Source: Amphiscolops sp. MND2022 (taxonomy: Eukaryota). Taken from it: DNA of 64,000 bases. This document shows, in pieces, positions 28,161 through 39,663 of this stretch; the first letter of the stretch is position 1, and the number at the start of each line of letters is the position of its first letter. The DNA is taken from contig OZ076409.1 in assembly GCA_964187785.1 (NCBI GenBank), forward strand, positions 32,118,001 to 32,182,000, given 5' to 3'. The notes under the pieces are model-generated. The model was not told where the DNA came from. It was given only the letters and a program-made list of their open reading frames with translations, and did not search any database. A program made the translations under genes and the position numbers.

Positions 28161-29858
28161 AAAATTTCCTGCCTTTTCCCCTGGATGATTTCTTTTCTCT
28201 CAACAATCATACAAATACCACTCTCCATCTTTGAAAATCTCTGGAACTGCAGTGAAATCTTTCTAGAATTTCTTGAAAATCTAGTCTGCGACTTTCTAAA
28301 TTTCATCATCAAATACATCATCGTTCGAAATACAATTTCTCCACTACAACAATCAACTCAAATATACAAATTTTCTTCACTACCGGTTTATCAAGTTTTC
28401 TAACACGTTGACACGGTTCTTCTTCTTGTTCTTCTTGCCATACCGGTTTATCACGTTTCCAATACGTTGAAACGGTTTCATTTCAGACTGATTTATCCAT
28501 TGTGACACAGTTCTGTTTTTCTTCTCTTTCCAGACTGATTTATCCAAAAGTGACACAGTTCTGTTCTCTATACTGATTTATCACAGCTAATCCGGATGCT
28601 TGTTGAAACAGTTCTTTGATGTTTGTCTGGTTTATCAAGGTTTTCTAACACCTTTCACAGCAACTTTCTTCAATCCTGCTATCTTGAACGTCAGGTGGAC
28701 TCCTGGTGTAATAGTTGACTGAGCGCATGTCCAGCTCCGCTCACCTATAAGCACATACGTCTCTAGATCAACTTCGTGTTGGCAGAAAACCTGGATTTTC
28801 TACTTTTACGTGAATCTGAATACAAAAAAAAGGCAACCAAGACTACATAACAAAAACAACCACGCACTATTCCATTCCTTTCCTATTGTCGACAAACAAT
28901 ACAAATGATTTCACAAAACTTAAACAATACAAATAACTTCAAAACTTAAACAACACATGAAAAATAACAACACAGTTTACACTCAACCTTATATCTAGTA
29001 CCTTCACTGGTAATAATTTTAACATAACCTACAGAACAATTATTTTAACAAAATACCACATACAATTCTCACAACTCTTTTGCTCAAAAACATAAAATAA
29101 GGCATGTAAATAACACAAACACTGTAAAGATAGTTTTCTACTTTCAGGCACCCACAATTCCTATCCCCTCCCGTAAGACTTAGACAATCAGACAGCCTCA
29201 CCAGCTTACTCTGATTCTAAGACTAACTAACACCCTTAGTTAAGTGTAAACGTCTTTAAGGAGAATCGAGAGGACACCGAACTACGTTCGAATCTTCAAA
29301 ATTCTCAGGAAGTAAAAGTAAAAGTAAAAGAAACAAAGATCAAATTTTGATCTTGATCAGTATTGATCAGACTCTGGATAGTGAACGTTGATTGTTCAGG
29401 GTTCCACTCCCTTAGTATTAAAACACACAACCCACTTAAAATTAAAACAACCTTAGTTTTTCTGGACGTGTCAGTAACCTAATTTAGACACCTTAAAGTG
29501 ATCCAGACTTAAAATCACATTTAGTTTCTGTTGGCAATCCTTGAGGTTGAATACAGATCCTACTGCATCCGCTTCTTTCTTCTCTATCCAAAACTATTAA
29601 CATCCCAAATATTTACAATTTACAATACAAGTTTTATGAACCCTAACATATACAATCAAGTAATTTATCCTTTCAACTTTTACATTCCACCAATTAGCTC
29701 TCTTCAAAACCCTACATTAAACGATTTTGAAAGATTAATTGAACGATATCAACAATCTTTTTTCTTTATCATAAATCAACAAAGACATTACCCAAGAGCT
29801 CCAACTTAGAAAATCTCTATAAAATTTATTTTCAACGTTCTAATCTTCACATTATAAC

Positions 29859-29972
29859 ATGTGGGAAAAAGTTACCACAGTAGTACTCATTACAACATAC
29901 ACGTTTTGTGTTTTATTTATAGTTTGTGTTCTACTTGAAAAAATACTTACAGTGATAAGGGACAAACATTAA
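29859..29972 (+). CDS. Small 37-aa predicted single-pass membrane ORF upstream of gag
   Basis: MWEKVTTVVLITTYTFCVLFIVCVLLEKILTVIRDKH*; its stop lies 2 nt before the ATG at 29975. Confidence 0.4.
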   Translation: MWEKVTTVVLITTYTFCVLFIVCVLLEKILTVIRDKH

Positions 29973-29974
29973 AA

Positions 29975-32900
29975 ATGTCCTCAACAACAACCTTTCTACC
30001 TTTTCAAACTCCCGTCATTAAAAATGCAAAAGTTGTAAAATTAGAACTAAACCCATTCATACAAAACATTATTTCACATTATACACAACTACTCCCATTT
30101 GAAAATGAACCTAATACAATTGAAACAATTCCTCTTATTAGAGAACATTTGGACACATACCTCTTCTATATTAGATACAAAGTTTTAACAATCACCGCAG
30201 AATACCCAGCTTTTCAAATCTCTTTTCTTCAACAAAGACCTGATTCATCTCATATATACAGAAGAACAATAAACCCAATAAATCTCCAAGTTCCTATTAA
30301 ACAAGTTTTTCACGCTTTTTTAAACAACGTGAAAGACCACAACCTAGCACATGAAATTTCAAAAAAAAATCCAAATGCACTCGACGACCTTCAACGATAT
30401 ATAAACAATTTCGACGTAGAAATTATTGAAAGATTAGTTGATTCTGAAGACAATCCCCATCATTGGTTACAAACTGATATACTAAGAATTCAAAACTTCC
30501 ACTATCATTATTTCAAAGACTTAACATTAAATGACCAAACAATTCCTCGGATCAAAGTAATATCTCTATTCCTGAGAAAATACTTCAGATTTAATTATCA
30601 ACTATTATGGTCTTAACAAGATCAATCTGCTTTTACAGCATTCCCAAATCATTTTACAGTCGAAGAATGATTACCATTTATCATCAGTGAACAAAATGAA
30701 CATCCTTATTTTCATAAACCACAATTAATTACAAAACAAACTTTAGATTACATACGTTTTGATCCTCCATTAATTACAGAAAATGATCTATTCGCAGACA
30801 ATAGACCTTATCACTATGAACAAAATTCTCAAGTTCAGCAAAACTATATTTTAACACTAACAATTCCACTGAAGATGATAATACCAATCAGGAAAATACA
30901 CTCCAACAACAACATCAAAATGAAACCAATAACGATAATGAGTTTACTACCCAAAAATCTACAATTTCAACAAATAATCCATCACAAGCAGGAACATCAA
31001 CATCAGTACACACTCAAACCTTTAGAGTTCCCATTAGAGTTGTAAATCAAAGACAAAATACACATAGTTCTCAATCTCATTTAGATACATCTCCAAACCA
31101 TAATATAACTTTCAACCTTCCATACACGAATGAAACACACGACGAAACCCATGACACATTACATGATGATATTCTGACTACATCTAGTGCTCAGAATACT
31201 TCTGTTAATGTTGCATCTCCAACAAGAACTATTCATGACTCTACAAGATACATTACTCAACCTAGATATGATCCTCCATCAATTCCCTCTGCTTTCCGCT
31301 CAAATAGATCGATTTCTTCAAACACCAATTTTAATGATAATCCTCAAACTTCCTATCAATATTATGATCCCTTTAATAATACCTTTTATCCTCCAACAAA
31401 CACAACTACCAATACTAATATCAACCAAAATCACTCTCAAATTAATACAACTTCAACAACACAAAACCCCTTCATACAATTATCACGTACCACTGCTTCA
31501 CAGAATATATATTCTCAAAATCAAGCAACTTTGTATCCTTCCACTTCTTATTCTAATATCACACAAGCTTTTCAAAGAAGACTTCAAAACCCTCCACTTA
31601 CACATATACCAACTGATCCTTTGTATCAGATGCATCCAAATCCAAATCCTAACCCTAATCCAAATCCATTACAACGAAATACAATCCAACATATACCTCC
31701 TCAACTCTCCGCAACAAATAGCTCCTCCACTCCAATATTTACCAATGCCACAAGATACCTTTATGAACATGTCCGCTTCAATACCAGAACCTATGAAACC
31801 TTTTGACGGTTTAGACCATTCTTATACCCCAGAAGAATATCTACAACAAGTCGAAGCTAGATTAACCTTCGCCATAGGTGAACAACCTCAGAATAATCCT
31901 ATAAAATACAAATCTTGGCATTACAGATGCATGGCTTACATACAATGTTCATTAACAGGAACAGCTATCGATTGGTATACTAACCTTCATATATCATATA
32001 AACAACAATGGAATTCTTTTGTACAACTATTTAAAAAACAATTTTCATCTCAAAAAACAGCTTACTACGCCCAAGTAGAAGCTATGTCACTCATGAAAAA
32101 AGATAATGAAACAGTACGCCACTTCGCCCTTAGAGTACAACAACTAGTTAAAAAGGGATGGTGTAATGAAAATGCAGCCACCATAAACCTCAAAAATATT
32201 GAAATCTTTACCAAAGGATTACCCAAGAAGTTAAAAGATTTTGCCCATAAACGACAAGCTAAACATGTATCAACATTACTTGAACCTTCAATACCATTTC
32301 ACACACTTGTTAGACATGTCGATTCTGAAGATATTGCTAATGAAAAAATTAGAACTAACGACCTAGCTCTAGAAATAAACAAAGTATCGCTTGAAGATGA
32401 TACTAGCAAAAAGGAATTTGAACATGAAGATCATATAATGGTTACTCAATCTGGAGACCCAAATAACAAAAGCAAACAAACTTATAGAAAACATTGTTCC
32501 TATTGTCACAAAAATAATCATTGTATCTCAAATTGTTATCAAAAACAACGTGATGATAAATACTAAAAATACAATACCCAAAGATCACGAACTCCTCAAC
32601 AACCTTTTGTACAATATTTTCGCAGTAAACCTAATAATTCACAAGAAAATCGAAATGACAATACAAATCCTTACTCCTCAGATAATGATAGTAACAAACA
32701 TAATCAAAATAATTATAATGATAGATACAGAAATAATGATAGATGTCGTAGCAATAGTAGAGAATATTCGCAAAACAACTACCGATCTAATTCTCGACAA
32801 AGATATTACAATCGATCTCGAAGCCCATATAGACCTCGATTTGATAATTATTATCAAAGAAGAACTCCATCTAGATCTCCATATAGATCTCCATATAGAA

Positions 32901-33120
32901 ATAACTCAAATTACAGGTATAACTCTCGCTCAAGATACAGATCTCGTTCTCAATCACAAGGAAACTCCTTCAAACGATATAATTATCCATATAGATCTCC
33001 ATCAAGACCTAGAGATTTTAGATCACGATCTAGAACACCCTCACGAAACAGACAACAAAACAGAATAAATCAAGTAGACGTTAAACCTACAAAAGACAAT
33101 GATAGCACTAAATTTGAAAT
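29975..33120 (+). pseudogene. gag: Extended gag: unknown N-terminal domain, N/Q/T-rich linker, capsid, CCHC knuckle, RS-rich tail
   Basis: Capsid-like MKPFDG..LTGTAIDWY..WNSFVQLFKKQF..ETVRHFALRV..FTKGLP and knuckle CSYCHKNNHCISNC. Stops at 30614, 30668 and 32564, with frameshifts near 30850 and 31700. The link from 29975 to the capsid is inferred. Confidence 0.85.
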
Positions 33121-36100
33121 CCATACTTGTCAAACAACTGAAATAGCTAATACAATCACTCCTTATAGTTGGTTTTATCCACTATATATTCACGCTTCTG
33201 AAACAAATGATAACATATTACCTTCAAAATTAGAAATCTTATTCCTCTTAGATACTGGAGCATCCATATCTGTTTTGAATTTACCAACATTTCATGTAAT
33301 TTCCAAACAATTAAACATCAATGTTCCAACCATACTTCAAAACAAAAGAGCCAAAACTCTTACAGTTGCAAACCAAACTGAAGTACCAATAATACACTAT
33401 ATTTCGATGACCCGTTTCACTGAAGTAAATCATCAAACGCGATCCTTCAATATAGATTTTGCCGTAGCCAATATCAAATACAACATTCTTGGGACACCCT
33501 TTTTCAAAAAACACATTCAAAACATCGACTTTCAACAAAATATTATGACTTACATAGAACAACATCCAAACCTTCCAACAAAAACAACATTTTCCACATT
33601 TACAGAAAAGGATTACCCATATATTTCTTACATCTATACTATTAAATGTAAAGAACCAATCCACTTTAAACCAAGATCAGGAAAAACCATACATTTCCCT
33701 TTAAAAACTATTCAAATCTACATTTTGAACTTGAAGATAATACAAAATTCTATCCAACAAACCCATATACACATTTCTTACAAAATTTTAAAAATGTCTT
33801 TCATTTCTCAGATATGATAGTCAATGAAAAAAGCAAAGACTCTTGTGCAACCATAATTCAAAACTTTACATCTTACCCAGCTACATTACCACGAGGAATC
33901 ATTGGATGCATAGAGATACCTATTACTCAAACAACTCCTCCTCACTACAGAGTTAATGATGTAAATTCACTTATTCACTCTGTAATACATGCGTATCACC
34001 CTGATACCACAACTCCAATTAAACAAACTCCATATGCAGATGTGAACTTATGTACTAGGGTAACACCACAATCCCTATTAGAAATAAACAAGATAGAAAT
34101 CAACGACAAAACGCTTCAACTTCCTATACCTTCTATTACTGGAAACCTTCGACCCTCAGATAAAATTCGAAAAGATTTTCCTCCATTACCCAATTCTACA
34201 GAAAACCAACAATTCATAAAGAAATTTAACTTTGAATACTCAGATTTAACCGATACAGAATATGTAAACCTCTGCAATATTTTGATTAATAATCAACATT
34301 GTTACGCCAAACACAAGAATGACGTAGGAAAAATTTCTACTCCATTTCGAATTAGAATAAAAGATAATTGTAAACTTCAAACGCAAAGACCTTCTAAAGT
34401 AACAATTCACTATAGAGATAGACTAAATAAACTTTTACTAGAACTCGAAAAATACAATAAAAAAAACAAATTGGTTCCACATCAGATGAAAAACACACAA
34501 TTGGAACAACATTTTTGAACCCTTTAATTATTATCCCAAATGGAGACGCAATAAAAGTTGTTTTAGACGCAAGACATCTAAACTCAAACACCAACCAAGA
34601 ACTTGAATCTTGGCCTATTGAACCTTTAGCTCTTCAATTAGCAAGAGCCAATAAAAAATATAAATCAACTATTGATCTAATGTATGCCTATGCTCATACA
34701 CCATTAGACGAAGAAAGGATCAAACTTACAGGATTTTCATCCGGTGACAAACTATACGCCTTTATCCGTGGATTTTATGGATTAAAGGGACTTCCAAACT
34801 TTTTCACAAAACAAATGTCAACTTTCTTCAGATCACTTATAGACAAACGTTCTGCGTTAGTTTATATCGATGATATTTTATTACTCGCAAATGAAAAACA
34901 AGAAATGTTTGAACTTATAAAAGAATTGCATACAAAAGCATCTAGAAAAAATCTCGAACTTGCACCCGAAAAATCCTTCTACATGTTACTCAAAGTAAAA
35001 TTCCTTGGCCATGAAATTGGTAACAACACAATCAAACCAATTCCATCCAAAATTGAAGCCATTAAAAGAATTCCATCACCAAAAGAAAAGAATGATGTTA
35101 TGCAATTTCTTGGCAGTGTTAACTTTTATTCAAAATTCATTGAAAAACTTCATATAAACCTTAAACCATTGTATACATTACTACATGATGATGTTAAATT
35201 TCAATGGACACCTGAATTAGAAAAAATATTTCAAAATGTTAAAAATGCAATGACAGCAGACACTGAATTAACAATACCCAATACAACGCATCCATTTTTC
35301 ATAACAGTAGATGCTTCGTTAGTAGGTTTAGGCGCAGTCTTATTCCAAATGAACGAAGAAAATAAAATGAAAGTAATCTCTTACAACTCCAGAATTCTTA
35401 ACACACAAGAACAAAAACTTTCAACTTTAGATAGAGAACTTCTTGCAATAGTTTACGCATTACAAATATATGAATTTTTGATCATTGGATCTCCTCATCC
35501 TATATACCTCTTCACAGATCACAAGCCTTTATTACATTGTTTCGCAAAGAAAGGAAATCTTAGTCCTAGATTCTATAGAGCACAAATGCAATTAACCAAA
35601 TTCTCTAGACTAAAAATCATTCATACCCCTGGAAAAAACTTAACTGTAGCAGATACGCTTTCACGAACTTTTACAAAAGAACATTTACAAGTACACCATT
35701 TACGAAACAAACAATTACCACCTCAAATAGATTTCTCTATCATGAAAGATAATCAACTCAAACCAGTACATTATTTAGTAAAACATGAAGAAATTAAATA
35801 TAATCAAAAAAATGATTGTCATCCTATCCTTGCTGACTACGGAGACGACCAATTCTCTATCCATATAAATAACAAAGGAGAAGATATACACATAAAGCCT
35901 TTAGACTCTTTTTCTTTTCAATCTATTGTTCCATTTGAATCAAAATATAAAAAGCCTACAAAAAACCAAGCAAAATCCCTCTTACAATAATCAACAATTC
36001 CTAATGATACTGATATTCTCCGTGATGAAGATGAACTAACTCAATCAAATAACATCCAACATCAAAACTCAGACATATTAAAAGAACACACACTTGCTAT

Positions 36101-37985
36101 ACAATAACCTACCAAATCTGATTATTGTAAACAACAAGTTCCATTTTTTGATCCATCTTTTTTCAAATACAAAAAATGTTTTACTTATTTCTTCCTACCA
36201 GAAGATACACAAATAACCATTGAAACAATAAAAGCTCAACAAAAACAAGACACTGTTTTACAAAAGGTTTACCAGTGGATACTTAATAATGAAAGACCCT
36301 TACAAATAGACCCAACAATTGCAGCTAATTCTTTCTTATTAGTATACTACAAAATTTTCAACCAATTATATATTAACCATGACACAAAAATTATCCACAT
36401 AGATTATCCTAATCTTCACGATTCCAATCCAAATCAAAGAGACAAAAGGTGTCTACCATTTAAACTCTTCTACGGAGCTTTTAACAAACTTCATGCTCAT
36501 GGACACTCGGGAATAAAAATATCCATCAAAGCTTTTAACCAATTTTACTTCATACCATATTTTAAAAAATGGATGTCAAAATTCATCCATGATTGTATTG
36601 AATGTCAAAAAAATAAACATATTAACCAAAAAATACAAACTGCATCCATACAAACATTTTCAGAAAATGCTTCATATTTTAATTATCGAATGTCAATGGA
36701 TACAAAAGGACCTATAAACCCACCATCAAATCAAAATTCATACATTCATGTTATAGTAGACAATTTTAGTAACAGTACCTATAAAACAAAATAATGCTCA
36801 AAACGCTGTTAACTCATTACTACATCATTGGATAACAAAATTTGGACCTCCTGTATATCTAGTTACCGACCGTGGAACAGAATACATTAATTCTGAAATT
36901 GCAAATCTTTGTACCACAATGGGAATTAGACATTCACCAAGAACTCCTTATGCACCATGGACTAATGGTCTAGTCGAAAATCAAAATAGAAATCTTGGAA
37001 CTCATCTCAGACTTTTCTTACATAACACTCCAGAAAACTGGTCTACTCAAGTTCATATGTATGCTTATGCACATAATTCACAACCACTTTCTGAAATAAA
37101 CTTATCTCCATATGAAATAGTATTCCATACTATACACAGAACTCCAATCAATTTTGAACTCAATCTCCAAAGAGATACATATAGAAATTGTACTTCCCAA
37201 TATTGTCAAGAATTACCACTTCATACACACTATGACAAATCAAATCTAAACCCCTTCTTCCATAAAATTTTATCTAAACCGATCCCTCAATGGATTTTAG
37301 CTATTGAAACAGCTATGATACAAATATACCACACAGTATATGAAAACACAAAAAGAAAAATTAATTCCTACGCTTATTTTAACAGAACATACCACAATCC
37401 GAGACCCTTGGATATTGGTACATTTGTATTAAAAAAAATTTTCTCCATGTTCATTTTCCCTATAAATTAAAACCTCTCAGAATTGGACCATTCAAAATTA
37501 TTAACAAAATTTCAGACATAACATGAAATTGTTAGTCAAGATGGTTATACATTTCACATACACAGAAATCATTTAATTCCGTACTATCCAAAAGAACCAA
37601 TTATTTTTCCTTTCTTACAACAGTATAATCCTCATTTATTCAATGATAGTCATTCGAATATAGACGATCAAAAAGTTAACCCCGATGAAAAGCAATTTAG
37701 TGACGAAGATCAATTTTCTTCCACAACATTTAATAAAGAAACGGATATACCATCCACAATCGATTTACAACCAGAATCATTTAGCCAATATTCTTCATTT
37801 CCGTACCAACAAAAGGAACGAATTCCAACCTAGATAACCAATCAGATATTCATGACTATGATAATTTCATTAACCCCCGAAGACACTCCTATAATAGATA
37901 CAATTTCCGCCCACAACCAAGAAAAGACTATCGACTTTTCCTTGGAGAAAACGATATAATTTCACTTTCTTTAAAATCCTGCTGA
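33121..37985 (+). pseudogene. pol: pol: aspartic protease, RT, RNase H, integrase (same frame as gag at the junction; frameshifted internally)
   Basis: PR LLDTGAS; RT YGLKGLPNFF and VYIDDILL; RH TVDASLVGLGAVL, RELLAIV, TDHKPL, ADTLSR; IN H..GH..C..C, SMDTKGP, VTDRGTEY, NGLVENQN; C-terminal GPF motif near 37485. Confidence 0.95.
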
Positions 37986-39630
37986 AATACAGAATACAGA
38001 AACTAATACACGAAGAAAATCTGAAAGAAAAAGAGAAAGTTTGAAGCTTAATGTGGAATTGAATGAAAAATATTTCACAAGAGATAATAAAAGAGAAAAA
38101 TCTTAATTGATATAAAATTATAACTAATTTACAAACTGAAACAAACTACCATAACACAAAGATTTCAAAATTGATAGACATATTCAATCGCCATCATCAA
38201 CCACAAATAACTCATCTTCTAGTTCAACACATTCACTCCAAAGATTACCTGAATATACAGCATATTTAAACTCAGATACAGACATACTGGATTCCTCATC
38301 CTCAAATCCTAGTCCATCCGCTCCATATACTCCTGATGGAGTACCAACAACACCCACCAATACACCTATAACTCAAACTCAAACACTAGTAATAACAACT
38401 CAATCACAACCTATTTCACGAAATCTAACATTTGCAGAAACAAATTCACTACTTTCTGACTCTAATGATGAAACATTTACAACACCAAATACACAAGATA
38501 CTTCAAATATTTTAAATAGACCTCCTCTTCCACCAATTACTACCACTCGTTCCGTTCATATCCCTGATCCCAGCTCAGTTCTACAATACATAAATTCTTG
38601 TCCACATAAAGTACCAACCGCAACGAAAACAAAAAGAAAAACTCCTTTATCTACATTACCACAAAACCTTAATTTACCATCATCAAGTAAAACTCCAATA
38701 ACATTCTTACCAGAACCTTCATTGAAATCACCAGCGAAAAAATCACAACAACACCCAACTCCTTAACCATCTGAACTAAGTTCATTCACATTTTCTCAAA
38801 TATATCCCAAGCTTGAATTAGAACGTGTACATTCAACCACCACCTCTTCTTTAACAGATTTATATCATAAAGAAAAAGTTTCTGACTCAACTGCTAGTAC
38901 TAGAGTACCAAGACATAATTACAACCTTCGATCTCAACAACAAAGAAATTCTCAAGAATTACAATCTTTAACTAGTTCAAGTACAAACTCAAGACTACTT
39001 AGACAGCACGCCCAACCCAGATTAGACACTTCTTCTCTTTCCTCATCTCAACCCACTATACCATACCATCTTCTTTATCACTACCATTTCAAATCACATC
39101 AGGATTTGAAACAACTTCTCTTCTCTCTGAATACCCAGTAACTATATCAGATAGCGCAGCTAATTTTTCACGAGTTTACTCACCTAGTTCAATAGCATCA
39201 AACTCTTCTATACAATTACCTGAATAATTTTTTAAAAGATTTCTCAAGACCTCCAACACCAAACCCTCACGAATATCCCATTCGTGTTAATTCAAAAATT
39301 GTTCGTACACTTAACGAAGATCCTCGATACACGGTCTTACCTGTAAGATTTATAAACAACAGTTCACTCTCAACTCAAAGAAAACAAAGAGAATTACGAA
39401 GATTACAAGAACAACAACTCACATTAAAATTTGAAGTAGAAGTCACATTCAACTCGTTAGGACCTCTTCCATTCTCTCTTTCAACAAGAGTAGCACACAA
39501 AACAACCCCATCACCATTCATAGTCACATCCATTTCTTACCTTTGTGACGCAGAATTACCTGAGATTAGAACAGGACATATAAATTTTTTTAATCCCTAC
39601 TCCGGACTCAATTATAGAACAATATTTTAA
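37981..39630 (+). pseudogene. Degenerate accessory ORF between pol and env (S/T/P-rich, with a more ordinary-composition C-terminal ~130 aa)
   Basis: Frame +1 is open 38161-39138 apart from one TAA at 38764, and open again 39241-39630. The start region is frameshifted. Confidence 0.6.
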
Positions 39631-39663
39631 TTACAGAACAATATTTTAACTGATATTTTAACC

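Noticed and set aside
28690..28790. GC-richer leader segment as a tRNA-like element or hammerhead ribozyme
   Set aside because: It has no B box and no CUGANGA/GAAA core that I can place.
31187..31700. Hydrophobic N-terminus of the 459-aa ORF
   Set aside because: This is an off-frame reading of the N/Q/T-rich linker caused by a frameshift near 31700.
32550..33068. 172-aa Ile/Asp-rich ORF
   Set aside because: It is a shadow frame of the RS-rich Gag segment.
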